Numbered from the stretch's first letter, positions 41,468 through 55,762 are shown. The stretch: DNA of 64,000 nt from the human T2T-CHM13v2.0 reference genome, Homo sapiens (GCF_009914755.1 NC_060939.1); one strand, 5' to 3'. The notes: generated from the sequence alone by a model not told the origin. Numbers and translations are program-made.

Positions 41468-41862
41468 TTCTCTTTTCTCTCCCCCATCTCTTTTCCCTTG
41501 ATTATTTCTCCCCTTTCAGCCTTGTTTTTCTTCCCCACTCAGCTTGCTTCATTTTCCTTTTCTATTTCTCTCCTTTCTCCCTTTCTCTCTCTCTCTCTCT
41601 CTCATTTTTTCCTGTGTATTCTTTTTAAAAAACATTATTTCTTCCTGAAAGGGAAATGAAAAGGAAGGGAGAAAAATAAGGGACTTTATAATAAATGGAA
41701 TTTGAGCCACTTCTGACATCTGTAGTAGCAACTGTGGCTTGATCAGGAAAAAAAGGGGAGGGAGCGAAAGAGGGAGGGAGGGAGGAAAGCAAAAAAAAAG
41801 GGGAAAGGGAGAATACAAAGGAAGGAGGGAGGGAGAGAGAGAAAAGGAGAGGGGAGAGGGAG
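41468..41862. repeat. Low-complexity CT-rich tract followed by a GA-rich tract
   Basis: Pyrimidine tract ~41468-41645 including (CT)n; purine tract ~41648-41862 including (GGGA)n. Confidence 0.9.
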
Positions 41863-41903
41863 AATTCAATCTTAACTTCTTAAAAAACACAATCTCTTTC
41901 TGA

Positions 41904-42221
<318 letters not shown>

Positions 42222-42305
42222 TCTTTCTGATTACTCTGGATGATTTTATGTGTTTGGCCTCTAGGAGATCTATCTGTTTCAGCTAAGAATGTTCAAGTTA
42301 CTAGA

Positions 42306-42470
42306 GCAGTGGCTCCCAAACTGCTGCACATTAGAGTCACCTGGTAGCTATAAAAATGCTGCTGCCCAGCGAGATGCCACATTATGTGAATGAGCATCTC
42401 TGGGGTGAACCTAGTGCCAGTCCTTATTAAAACTCTAGGTGATGCCAAAGAACAGCTCAGTTTGAGAATG
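42306..42470. mobile_element. MER5A/B (hAT-Charlie)
   Basis: cagtggctcccaaactgctgcacattagagtcacctgg ... aggtgatg ... agtttgagaa. Confidence 0.75.
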
Positions 42471-42676
42471 AATATTACAAAATACTGGTGCTTAAGACTG
42501 CTGGATAGTGATGAGAAGTCACAGGACATAGGAGTGCCTCAGGGGAGGAAGAGAGGATAAATAAGAACTGGAAAGGGACTGGAGGAAACCCAGGCCATTC
42601 TGTATCTCATTCTGAGGAATGGTTACTTAAGATTTTTATATTTTATATTTCTTATTGTATATATTGTATACCCCAA

Positions 42677-42872
42677 GGGTGGAGGGCTAGGGAAGGGATA
42701 GCATTAGGAGAAATACCTAATGTAGATGACGGGTTGATGGGTGCAGCAAACCACCATGGCACATGTATACCTATGTAACAAACCTGCACATTCTGCACAT
42801 GTATCCCAGGACTTAAAGTATAATAAAAAATAAAAAACAGCAAAAAAAGAAAAAGTAAAGTAATAATAATAA
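42677..42872 (+). mobile_element. L1PA7/8-like extreme 3' end
   Basis: gggatagcattaggagaaatacctaatgtagatgacgggttgatgggtgcagcaaaccaccatggcac ... acttaaagtataataaaaaa. Confidence 0.93.
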
Positions 42873-42884
42873 TACATACACAGG

Positions 42885-43000
42885 CACACTGATAGCTGGT
42901 CCTACCCTTAGGGATTCTGATTTGTGTGGCCTGGGCATCGATGTGTAAAGCTTCCCAGCCAATTGTGGTGCACAGCCAGGGCTGGAAACCATAGCTCTAG
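42885..43000. mobile_element. Partial MER5A-like element
   Basis: gattctgattt ... cacagccagggctggaaacca..gctctaga. Confidence 0.5.
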
Positions 43001-43129
43001 AAGGAGGCTCACTGGTTGCTTTCAACCACGCTTCAAGTTAGCAGTGCCATGGCCAGGTCTCTGTAGACCAGCATCTGGCTTCAGCCTTCTATTTTATCCA
43101 TTCACAAGAATCAGGCAGGTGAAAGAAGA

Positions 43130-43486
<357 letters not shown>

Positions 43487-43617
43487 TTAAAAGAAATCTG
43501 TCAACAGACCAGAAGCATTTGTTTCAGGGACAGAAGTGAGGATCCTCTTTGGTTCTTCTTTTCTTAGATATTATGTTAACAGTTACCCTATTGCCAACAC
43601 ATCATATCTTCAAGTAG

Positions 43618-43940
43618 AGTGTACTGTCCCTTATCCACAATTCTGAAATCCCAAAAAGCTATGAAAACTGTATTTTTTTTTTAGTGAGGTGGTGTCAAAA
43701 CATATTTAGCAATAAAACCTGACCAGAACTCATGTAAAGTTAGTTGAAGGCTTTACTTACTTTACTTGGCGCAAATCGTCATATGTTTTTCTTTGGATAT
43801 ATGAATACATTTGATTGCATGGTGCTGCTTTGTTCCCCACTCTGGGTATAACATAATGTACAATATTTATAAATTTCTAAATCTGATAAATTTAGTTCTT
43901 GAAGCCATCTGGCCTAAAGGCTTCAGGTAAAGGATTATGA
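43618..43940. mobile_element. MER46C (TcMar-Tigger)
   Basis: tcccttatccacaattctgaaatcccaaaaagctatgaaaac ... aaaacctgacc ... catctggcctaaaggcttcaggtaaaggatt. Confidence 0.8.
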
Positions 43941-44771
43941 TAGCTTCTTTATATATTAAATTCCCAAAGGACCTCCTCTGGTCTTGGGTAATAGCCCAGC
44001 CTCAGGGCAGTCCATTTTCTAACCACTTTTGGTTTGACTATGCTGGCAGGCAATGATGTTCATCTCAGCAGGGACCAACTCAGTCTTGCTTCCCATTGCT
44101 GTGCACAAAGCCTGGAATGGTGAGGCCCTGATAGATACATACTGAGGAAATACAGCAATCTATGGTGCATTGATTTCTCTAGTTTTGCTGTCAGAGGGTG
44201 ACCTTTTCCAGTCTTCTCCCTAAATCCTGGGAGCACCATGCTCTGATAGGATCTGTTGAGCTGTATCTCCAAATTCCAAAAGAATTGTGTTAACAGAGGA
44301 AATCAGTTATTTAAATATATTGTTATAGAGAGTGGATTGATTCCTAAAGAGAGGAAAGAAAAACCTGTATAACGCAAATAGATTCTGTTGCAAGAAACTA
44401 GTAGTATTAGCACTATAGTAGTAACAGTAATGCTTTGTTCTCTCCTCCCTCTCCTGCATTGTAGTTACATGCATATTTCATCTGCTAGTGTTCAGGCAGA
44501 CTTTTAGAATCAAGAAGCCCCTCATTCTTCATCCTGTTTGTGGGGGGTGGGGGGAGGTTCAGGAAAAAAATATCCCAGGTGTGCCTTTGGTGTTCAGTTT
44601 TTCTTACCCTAATAGCTATATGGGTCTAGTGATCTGGGCTCAGACAGTGACTGAAAACTGAGATTTCTCTCCACTCTTGCCAATGGCACTTGTCTCTGAG
44701 GGATTTTCAGGATCTAGGGCTATTGGTCCCATGGTGGATGGGGCAGTACATCCATCCCTTATTCTCTAGAT

Positions 44772-44978
44772 CTGTGCTGTTCAACAGAACATTCTGCAAT
44801 AATGGAAATGGTTTATATCTGTACTGTCTAATACCATAATCACTAGCCTTATATTGCCATTCAACACTGGAAATGTGGCTAGTATAACTGAGAAACTGAA
44901 ATTGTAATTGTATTAGTTATTTTTTATTTTGATTTTAATATTACACGTGGCTAGTGGCTACTGTATTGGACAGCACAG
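44772..44978. mobile_element. MER3 (hAT-Charlie), complete
   Basis: TIRs ctgtgctgttcaa / ttggacagcacag; 8-bp TSD (c/g)tctagat. Confidence 0.92.
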
Positions 44979-45605
44979 GTCTAGATCTGGGGTACAGGCT
45001 CTTTTCATTCTGACATAAATGGCTGAGGCATTCTAAGGCTACCCAGAGAAGATCACTCAACTCAGCCTTAAAGTATGGGATGAAATAATTCCAGGCAGAA
45101 GCAGAACAAGTAAAGCAAAACAAAAATAAAAACCAAAGCATAGAAATGCTAAAGAACCTGGCACATTCAAAGAACTGTATCTGACTCTATATGGCTAGAT
45201 ATTATGATAGTGTAGGTTGGGTGAGAGGTACTGGGAAAGTGGTAGGAAGTGAATTTTCTGAAAAGACCTTTCAACTTGTCAGGCTAGGGATAAACCCTTC
45301 AGGGTGTTTAAAGGTGCTCCTGTAATGTCAGCTGCTATTCTGAGGCTAAGAACTCTGACAAGGAGTTATCTGTGCCACTTGGCAAATGTCTCCAGTCCTT
45401 GACACCTCTGAAAGCTACTTCCTGCACACCAGAAGCATAGTTTGGCATGGAATGTCCTCCTGAAGTTGAACTGCGAAGAGATTTCTTGTGGTTTCTGCAG
45501 ATGGCTACTGTGCAGTACTGGGAGTCAGAGAAGAGTCTTCTCAGGGACCTGAGTTTAGGGCCGCCTTCCCACACCCCCAGGCACCTGCCGGCAAGTAACT
45601 GACAG

Positions 45606-45607
<2 letters not shown>

Positions 45608-45646
<39 letters not shown>

Positions 45647-45655
45647 CGCGCGCGC
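45608..45655. repeat. Compound (GT)15(GC)9 microsatellite
   Basis: Read directly from sequence. Confidence 0.97.
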
Positions 45656-48600
45656 ATGCATGAGGGGAGTCACAATCATAGCCCCTTAGGTTACTAGAGA
45701 CAGGATTTAAACTTAGATGAAGGGTCACTAGTCCTCCTCCAATACTCTCCAAGGGTTAACAAACTGGAAATTCATCTAAACAAAATAAGCACGACCTATT
45801 CCTACTCTGGTTGTTTTTTTCCCCCAATTGATAAGTTGAGCTATTTGGAGGGGACGTCTGTACCATGTGTTTTTCCTATACTAAAATTTTAAAAGTAATT
45901 CAAAACGTTCATTTTCACGGACCTAGGACAGTCTAAAATAAATTGAACCAAGAATTTAACTTTTCATTTAGCAAAAAAAAAAAAGTTTTTCTCTGAAGGG
46001 TAGGAAGACTTTGCAAAGGTTATCATAATTCACATTTTTTCCTTATTTAAAAAGAAAATCCCAATGTGCTGTTGGTAGTTTTCCTCTTTTTCTTCTGAAT
46101 CTGATTCTGCTTTGACTTGAGTTTTGTTGGTAGAACAGTTGCAGATTTGACTCTTACAAGTCAAACATATGACCGTGTGATTAGTAGACTTCCTCAGGTG
46201 CACAGTAGGTTATTCAGGCCATCTTACACTCCTAGGACTGGTCTCCAGGAGAAACAAAGTGAGAAACAAAAAGAAAATAAATCTGTCGCATTATTAAATT
46301 TGTGCTCTTGACGCCTGCAGTTGTTGACTGTAGCAAGTGGGGGTTAAACTGTCAGCTTGACAACTTGTAAAGCTCTTTATCATAGAAAGCAAGAAAAAAA
46401 ATCAATGCTGAATTACCTCAGGAATATTATTGATGACATAAATGTCATTTTCTGTTTTTATTACTTTTTATTGTATTTAGCTTGTAATTCAAACCACTTT
46501 CTAATTAATTTGGTTTGGCTCAGTTGGAAATAGAAAAAGCTAACTATCTAATAGGTGACACATGTCGCAGAGAAACCTTACAACATCCCCATTTCCCTGA
46601 GATCAATCAGCCATGAAATAACTTACCAAACTTTTGTTTTTCTAGCAAATTCTTAAGAAATACAATGAAATTAAATTTGTCTAGTCCAAAGAAACGGGAA
46701 GAAACATGAATGAGCAAAAGTGACCTGAAAGCCCAGTTTTATCTAGCTGTAATCTCTCGTCTAGTTGTTAAAATATCCCGAAGCACTCGATCATGTTGCA
46801 TTTTAATTTCAAAGCCATGTGTTGTATTAGCAAAGTGCACATGTTCCTGATTTGAACTATGAGTTCCCCGGCTGTTAACCAGAATTCTCGGCTGGCACGG
46901 ACAAGGTCTCCAGGAGGTCAGAGGCCTAGAGTCTACATCTTGGTTAGATCTTACCCGTGTGGAAACCAGAAGCCTGGGTCAGGCAGCAGTGCCTATGACA
47001 GGCCCTGATTAGATTAGGACTACATTTATCAACTACACAGAGAGCACACTTAACCTTTCAACTCAAGAGTCTTGATGTACCTTTATTTTAAAACAAAAAG
47101 GTGAATGTTACTCTGCCAAAGTCTTGATCCAATAGCAATGAAGTATAACATGCAGCTTTTTCTAATTTCATCTATTACCAGATTTACACAGGGACATATG
47201 CAAGATGTATACCCTGACAAGCGTTTTATCTGTTTTCTAAATGTATAAATATGATATTTCGATATTTATAGAAACCTACTTCGTAATTTTACATTATGTT
47301 CATTTTTTTCCTTAAGAGCTTAGAATTTTTCTTTGGTTTCTACCTGGATTTACTTACTGTATATATGTATGTACGTATGTATGTATTCATTCATTTAGAT
47401 TTAGTAGATTAGAACTATTCTAGTAATCGATTAATATATCATGAAAATCCATCTGTGGAAGGAGTAACAAGCTGCTTTTAGAAACTTGATTTCTTTTTAT
47501 TCTCCCAAGTATTTGGCTTAAATATTTCTTTGAAACATCACTTAATTTTTTCAAATATGTGGTTTAATTTTCTAGGAAGTAACGACTAAACTTTTAACAA
47601 GACAAATTGAATAATACAGTTTTACAGTAGGTTTTTCAAGTACGACCCATTCACATTCTTCTGATGAGCCTTTGATCAAGTCTTTCACTGCTGGGCAGTC
47701 TTACCTCACAGATTTAGGATATGTCAGGGACATCTGTGTCCTCCTAAATCTGTATTGGAGAGAATATTCAGGGAACATACATGGTGGTGATAGAATCATG
47801 GTATGGGGAATGGTCTGAATTCACCACCAATGAACACCTGAACTCTCTTCATTCATTTATCTTCTAGTTCCTCACTGAGCACCTACCGTGTTGATCAGGT
47901 GGAGAGAACACTCCCTGGCCTCTTGAAACTAACTTTCTACTTTCCCAGTTCTGCATCAGAATCCTTGTTCTATGCCAGTGCCAAGTCACATAGAGCTAAA
48001 AAATATTCTTCTTGGTAATCATGCACAGGCTGTAGCCTTCAAAATAAAATTATTCTTCGTGCTAAAAGGATGGTGTTTTCTGTCATTATATTGTTTCTGC
48101 AGTATGCTTGTTCAGTTATGTAAACTCATTTTCTGTGACATTTATAGGATCCTGGCCTAGAATGCAGGTTTAAAGGAGGAAAAGGCAGCAAAGAGCTTTG
48201 GTAGAAATAATTATTTCCCTGAGTAAAATAAAGATAAAATGAGTTCATTTAAATTATAGTAAAAGTGGTTGCCAGTCGCCCAACATAGTGATCTCTTTTT
48301 TTTCCTTACCTAAATGAAATCTAAATCTTAGAGCCATTTTGAACGTTTTCTAAAACATGAGGTTGTTTTGCCAATTCGCTTTCATTTGGAAATAATTTTT
48401 AAATTTCCTATTATATCATAAACTTTGAATTTCAAAAACTGCTGCATGAAGCGCTGTTTTCATCTTTTTGTCCCAATATTTTTGATGCCACACTTCTGAT
48501 CTTAAGGTTATATAATTTTAAAGGTTAGTCTGAATTTGATATTTACTGGGGAAAAAAATACTTATCAGTAGGGATTACCATTATCTTGGTTGTTGATGGG

Positions 48601-49091
48601 CACATTTTTTAATAGTGCTTACTTTACTGGATGTGTATTTAATAGGTCCATCAGCAATATTTACTGAGCCCAGAGTGTGAATAGAATGAAAATGTTTTCA
48701 ACGTTGTGGCTAATTAGTGACGGGAGAAAAAAAGAAATACTTGAGCTTAAATTGTTTTAATAATTTCCTCAGTTTCTAAGTAAATCTCTGCACCCACACA
48801 CCCTACCAAACTCACTTGCTCATTTCAGGTCACCTTATGTTGGACAAACCCTTTTAGAGTTACGCTTTGTTGGTTTTTAGATCTGAAAAAAAAAAAAAAA
48901 GGTCCATTGTCCATTCCCTCCCTCTCCCTGTTTTTCAGAAACTTATTTTATATTTAAAGGTTGCCAACATTCTAGCTGTCAAGGCCACACACAGTCAACC
49001 ATTTGGACATCTAATCAACATTCAGAAGACATTTATTGAGCCCCTACTGTACACCAGACTCTGTTTTAGACATCAAGTTTGCATCTCAAGG

Positions 49092-49388
49092 TTTCTATTT
49101 ATATTTTTATTTTTTGAGACAAGATGTCACTCTTTCACTAGGGCAGTGGCCCAGTCTCGTCTCACTGCAACCTCCGCCTCCCAGGCTCAAGCAATCCTCC
49201 CACCTCAGCCTCCCAATTAGCTGAGACTACAGGTGAGCAACACCATGCCTGGCTAATTTGTGTATTGTTTGTAGAGATGGGGTTCTGCCATGTTGCACAG
49301 GCTGGTCTCGAACTCCTGGGCTCAAACCATCTGCCCGCCTCGGCCTCCCAAAGTGCTGGGATTATAGGCATGATCCTGTGTACCCAGC
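49092..49388 (-). mobile_element. AluJ-type SINE
   Basis: Antisense dimer with gaactcctgggctcaa; TSD catctcaag. Confidence 0.94.
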
Positions 49389-50931
49389 ATCTCAAGTCTT
49401 CAAAGGCAATTGGAAGATATATCTGATGACCTAGTTAATTCTGCTGGAATTGGTAGCCTCTGAAATGCTTGGGTGATCCCTTCTGGGTCTTCACTTGCTT
49501 GATTTTAGGATGTTTCTCCCCCTTGTGAAGAGAATGCAATGTTCAGCGTGCTCAGGAATGTAATCCTGAATATCAGATACCAAGTTACCACGGGCCTGGC
49601 TTAGACTGAGTATAAGACCTCTGTTTTTAGGGTTGTTGGCTTTGTCACCGTCAGGTCTTTTCTGCCTCTCACGCACTGCTGTTAGGAAGTCCTGAAGCTA
49701 CTGACCCCCACAGATGCCTCAGATTGGGAGGACACACGTCAGGAAAGGATGAGAGTGACATGGGATCAGCCTGGAAGGCAGCCCGAGAAAGTGGAGGAAA
49801 GTAGAGGGTCTGTGTTCCTAGTGCTATTTAATTAAATCTGAAACTCCTTTTTATGGGTACTTATCATTTTACCCTCTGCTACCTACCAACTTTTTCTTCT
49901 GTTTTGCCTTTAATCTAAAGTATTTTAATAAGGCTCCCTTCCACATTCCTATCCTCTGCAATTGTTTTACATCTCTCCTTGCAATTATCCCAGAAAATAG
50001 TCTCTATATGACTTGATTTTGAAATGTTTCTTAGAATTAATCAATAACACCTTGAGGTTTTCCAGTTTAATTTGTATGTATTTATCTTGGCATATAGTGC
50101 ACATCTCTCTAGCATGCAATTTTGTAGTTGTTTGGATGTTGGCAGGTTTTAGGGGTGGGAGGGGAGAAAGTTGTATTTTTAGCTATAGTGATTCACTTTG
50201 TAAATGGTGTACACTGTCGTCTGTCCTCCAGTTGATTTACTGCATATGGAATCAACTCACTCTAAGCACACCCTACAATTTCAGTGGTTTACAAAACCAA
50301 TAAAAATATAAAATGCTGAAATAAATATTTAAGATTCCTTTTCTGCATTGCACTAAAGATATGATGGAAATAAATTGTAAAAGAAAGTATTTGCACTTGA
50401 GGAATTCAGGTAAAAGTCATGAAGCTATAATTGAAAACAGGATTGTAGGAGCCGAGTAAGACTGGGGGGAGATAATTAAATTTTACTATTTGTCTTATTT
50501 TTAATCATATATTCATTTACACAAAGCCAGTCTTGATGGACTACAAAATACACCATATGTTGTCATTTTAAAATAAAGTTTTGTATTTAAATTAGGCATG
50601 TGTGCTATGTGGCTGTATGCCACCACTCCCTGCATTAAAATCCTTCTCAACACGGGGCTTCAAGGAAACCACTACCAAACAATTAGAGTTCCCTAAACAA
50701 TGAATCTATTCGCTATATAATTTTTAGATGCACCTCCAGCCTTACTCCTCCTTCACAGACCCTCTGCTCTAGCTCGCACAGTTTTCTTATTCTCTTACAA
50801 ACATGGCAGCTTCCTTCAGTAAAGATCAACTCACAACCCAGCCTCCACCTAAGTTCATTTTTTTCCTTTGGTGTTCAAATCTCGCTCCCTACAGAAAACT
50901 TTTCCTGGAGACTATAGCCCAAAGACAGATT

Positions 50932-51090
50932 TCAGTGGTTCCCAAGTCAGACTGCATATCAGATTTAATGGAGACAGCTGTTCAAAATGTAGATTCCTGA
51001 GCCTGCCCCAGACCACCTTACTCAGATTGTGTCTAAATCTAGGAATATGTGTTCTATCTTGCTCCTCAGCCAATTCCTATGCAACTGCTT
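50932..51090. mobile_element. MER5B-like element
   Basis: cagtggttcccaagt..gactgcatatcaga ... aaaatgtagattcctgagcc. Confidence 0.6.
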
Positions 51091-51129
51091 GGCATTCTCC
51101 ATTCGTGTTTTGGGAACCACATGGGTGAC

Positions 51130-51230
51130 GGAAAGAATCAGTAATTCTGGAGTCTGTTGGACCTGAGTTCAGATCTTAGCACCTGCACTTATTAGCTGAC
51201 CAGGTTACCAGACTTCTCTGGGCCTCAGAG
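51130..51230 (+). mobile_element. MIR fragment
   Basis: tctggagtc ... gacctgagttcagatc ... cacttattagctg ... cttctctgggcctcag. Confidence 0.6.
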
Positions 51231-52199
51231 ACTACAAAATTGCAGTTTCTTTTCCAAAGATTTTTTGTTTTGTTTTTTAGAGGAAGGATGCTCTGAAAGT
51301 TGAAGATACCACCCAACTAAGTTGGTACATCAAGTAGTGTGAATATAGTCTTCTGAAGATGGTCCTATGAAACAGACTGCTTTTCTGAGTGGGGTGTGGT
51401 AGCCAGTCTCGTTTATGATGTGGTCATACTGAGTAGCAGTGGCATTTCCCTCCCTCCCTTCTTCTAAAGTTCAAATGAGTTTTCTCTCTTCAATCTAGAA
51501 CTCCCATAGTCATTTACGTTTAGAATGATTCCAAATGGAGAGTGAGTCTCAATTTCCTGTGCACTGAAGCACCCGTTGTATGGTGTATAAAGATATTGGG
51601 AACACTAGTGCCTTTTTGGGACCTGAGACTATTTAGATATTAAAGTAGATTTCAGAGCCATTTAAAGCAGATTTTTCAGTTCCTCATTCAGGAAAAGAGA
51701 ATGGCAGTCTCAGAACTGGAAGGGACCTCAGCCCTTTTACTGAGTCTTCATGCCTTTATGCCAATAAATGCTTGGATCAGAAAATCTCATTGGCTCACCA
51801 AGCTGAGTCAGGAAACCTACCTGTAATAAGACATGTGTAAACCAAAACTATCAAACATTTTAAATTGTTTTAAATTGATGTTTTAACCAATGGCTGCCAT
51901 CCATTGTACTATAATTGAATTAACTCGTATAGATAGAATCCTATTAGGCAGGTGGATTCCTTTATAGACTACCATATTTAGACACACACCTCCACCCCAC
52001 CTTCTCTTGAAAGCTTTTGAAAAGGAATCTTTCCCAAAGGTTGATTTGACTATCTGCAGTGGAAAAACCTTGAAGAGTTAGGTAACCTCATTTACTAAAA
52101 CAAAAAGCAAAGTGTATTTGTTGCATATTAAGTACTTGTCATGAGATGGATTCTGGACCAGTGATTTTATAATTATTAATTCTATGTGTATCTCTTATT

Positions 52200-52330
52200 A
52201 ATTCTAATAACTGTGCAATAGAGTAGATACTATTGTTTCTATTTTACTTATAAGAACACTGAGGCCTGCTCAAGGTCAGAGAACTAGTAAGTGGCCGAGC
52301 TAGGAATCCAACACACGTCCAACTCCAAGG
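52200..52330 (-). mobile_element. MIR fragment
   Basis: tactattgtttctattttac ... aacactgaggc ... caaggtcaga..actagtaagtggccgagctagga. Confidence 0.65.
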
Positions 52331-52799
52331 ACATTTCATAGCAAGAAATGACAGACCATGATTTAGGCTGAGGTTTCTAAAATTTTGAATTCAATATTAA
52401 TTATACCTATGAACTTTCTCCCTGCATAGCTTTCCACATATGCAACATTTTGCATACCGTTTCAAAAGGTCCAAGGACGCCCCAAAGTCCAGGATATCAC
52501 CAATGAGTATGTAACTCTAGATTTAGCTTGACAGGAAAGATTGTTAAATAATTACAAGATAAATAAACAAATTCCTCATGTACCTCACATGTGGAATTTA
52601 GCACCATAGATGGTAATACAAAAGAATAATCTAATGAATGCATGTGTTACATTGGGCTTACATGTAAGTTACAACTGGGAGTTCAAGTTGTTCTTTTTGA
52701 GAGGGCAGCTATGCCATTTTTAGACTACTTAAAAAAATCACATTCTAGTACTCATATTTGCTTGTAGAAATAAGAATAGTAATAAAATTTAAAGATATT

Positions 52800-52970
52800 A
52801 GGGCTAAGCAAGACCTTAGGCATTATCTGAGATTACGGCCTTTTCATTTACAGATGAGGAAAAAGGGCCTGAGAGTCTCTGCAGTTTATCCAAGGTCACA
52901 CAGCCAATTACAGTCAGGGTCACACTTGGAGCCTGGGATTTCAGATTCTTTTTCCCGTGCTTTTCCTACA
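52800..52970 (-). mobile_element. MIR3/MIRc fragment
   Basis: tcatttacagatgaggaaa ... ccaaggtcacacagc. Confidence 0.65.
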
Positions 52971-55187
52971 TTGAACTAACTAATTCATGGTATGCACATC
53001 CAAAGAAACAATAGGTGTCCATTCTGCATCTTGAGTCCATTCCTTTCCAAATGACTGAAACATGTTCTTGCTCTTTTGAAAATAAAACAGTAATAAGAGA
53101 TTTAGCACAGATATCCTTTTCAGTCCCATAAAGGTTCAGATAGAAGCTAGAGTACATGCACGAAATTCAAGACTATGGCACAGAGGCCAGGAGCCATGAT
53201 GCCGCAGTGAGATTAGGAATACTGGTCTGTTGGACCAGAGTTATGGATTATCATAAGCTCAATGATCTCAGTTACTCCCTCACTTCTTCATTCATTCACA
53301 AGTATTTATTGGGCACCCAAAGGTGGGTCAGGCCCTGTGCTTGGCCCTAGGAACAGAGACACATAGATCCAGCCCCTGTCCTCACCAATCTCAGAAGCAG
53401 GAGGGACATTTTGTTTCCTCAAAAGGTTTTCTCCTTAGAGGAAAATATTTCAAGTCTGTATTAGAAGGATATTGGCCAGTATACACAGTTTTTCCTTCAA
53501 CAGGGACTCCACTCCCAGAAGTAGCCATGGATTGTAAACAGACTAATTAAGAAATAGGATCCTCGTATTTTTTCCATGAAGCTGATAATTAGCAGCCTTG
53601 ACTTTTCAAGAGTGTCTCTAGTTATCTTAATGAATATTGAAAAATTCCCCCAATAAAAGTAATTCTCATTTCTCATAATTTATAAACTAAATTATTGTTA
53701 AATGGTAAACACAACTATAACAAAGTTATGTGGCAAAAACAAACGACAAGGAGGAGATGTGGCTGCTCCCAAAAGGTGGGGGTTTATTCCATTAGATGAT
53801 CAAAAATGTGATGATGCCACAGCCATTCACATTTTACAAGAAAATGAGGCAAAACCGCATTTTAATACTGCCAGTTTACTCCTAGTAAATCATCACTCTC
53901 TAAATTAACTAATAATTTAACATTTTTGTTCCTGCTTTAAAATGATTCTATACTAAGCTGCAAAATGGTGATGGCATTTTCAGATTTTGAATTTTTATGA
54001 CAAGTTCAAGTTGCAAGCAACTCTTTTAAACCACAAGAGAAAGAGAAAGAGCTTACGAGCAAGCGCACTTGTGTGTGTGTAGATATGAACTAATGCATAC
54101 AGAAGGTGTTTTCATGAGGGATTTCTGAATGTATTATAATGCAAATTACATTTTTAAGCTGACCAAACTATTGATGGCTTTATTGAATGAAATAATTTAT
54201 TATAGAAATATTTTAGTCAGATGACGTTTCATCATCAGATAACACTAAACACAATAGCCATTTCCTATAAGACTGTTGTCTTGAGCCAAGGGCTTAAAAA
54301 AGAAGATAAAACTTGCTTTGTTCCAAACGTAGCATTGTACTAACAATTGTTTATTACACTACAGAAGAAAAGAGTTCTGCCAGCCAGACATGGTGGACTG
54401 GAAAAACATGCCATTGTGTCAGATCATCCCAAGAAATCTTCATTTTTCCCTCCTCTCCTAATAATGTTTGACAAGTGGAGATGAATTTTTAAAATCCAAG
54501 TCTCTTTTATGCCATTCATTGGGATAATACTATAAAATCTCTCCTCGGGTACTCAGAGTATTACAACATCAATGACCTGTCAGCAGCTGCATACAGTTTT
54601 TATTTTTAAGACTCTGTAAAGCTATGGTTAAATTCTAATTTTCTAAAATAGGTTTAAGTGTGGGGAGAGCCAAAATTAAGTGCACTTTTCTTGCTAGAAA
54701 TCAGACCACAAATTGTACATTGTGCTTACAAAGATGATTAAGGCGGTCCCAGCCGCACACCAGCAGTTCGGCAGATTAATTGGAGCATGCAGATTTGTGT
54801 AAAAACATATGTTGGGATTGGAGTAGCTTTTTTTTTTTAATGCTGTTTAAAAGTTTTTTGCAAGTTCCTGTGTATAATTTTCACATTATCTAATCCTCTC
54901 TTAAAAGCCTGAGTTTAAATTCATATATGCCCAATATTTAAGCATTTTGTCAAAATGGGAGCATCTTATTGATACCTTTCGCCCAGTTAGTTGGTGGCAA
55001 GCTTTTTCATTTAGGAAATCCCAGTGTTCATTATTTTTTAAATTGTTTCATGATGAAACCAGAGCCACTTGTTTAAACAAGGCATAACTTTAGGACCCAA
55101 AAAGAGCTAGAGCCTCAGAGCTGTGATACACATGAACATACAGTAAACACGGGAAACGTAAGTTGGAATTTGCTGAAAATATGATTA

Positions 55188-55665
55188 AAACTGCTTGCGG
55201 AAGTTTAATTTACCCCTCTATTTGTTAGGACTTGTTGGCTTGACAAACACTGTACCACAAAGCCAGCTAAACCCACACTGCTCATAATGGTGGCACAGAC
55301 ACCTGTAAGAGACATTTCAGAATATTGGCCAGTATTTTAATAATCTGCCTAAAACCTCATTAAATTAAGATCAGCAAGTAACTCTAAATGAAGAGACATA
55401 TAACCCATTTTGATGTAATATAAAGCTCATTTATCCTGACTTTCCACAGGTTTCCAGAGTTCAATACTGACAGGGTTCATACACTAAGAGAAAATGAAAG
55501 TAAAGCAAATAAGGAATATTTAGAATAAGTAAGCATGCACATCCTTAATACAAAGTTGACTTCACTTTAATTAGAGTTCAAAGCTGTAAGGCTGAAAATA
55601 TGCATTTTTAAGGTAAATTTTTATTCCTTTAAATTGTCTCAATCCTATGATTTTATAACACTGTT
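55188..55665 (+). repeat. Local direct duplication, copy A (partner 57270-57753), ~95% identical
   Basis: Manual alignment: about 21 substitutions and 2 indels over ~480 bp. Confidence 0.98.
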
Positions 55666-55762
55666 ATTAAAAATAACACTTACCGGCTTACAGGAGAGAT
55701 TTGAGATAAAAACACAAAGTGCCTGTCAGAGTACCTGGCACTTTAGCAGGGGCTCAGTAAAG
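55640..55762 (+). mobile_element. Degenerate MIR 3' half
   Basis: aataacacttacc ... tgagata ... aaagtgcctgtcagagtacctggcac ... gctcagtaaa. Confidence 0.55.
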
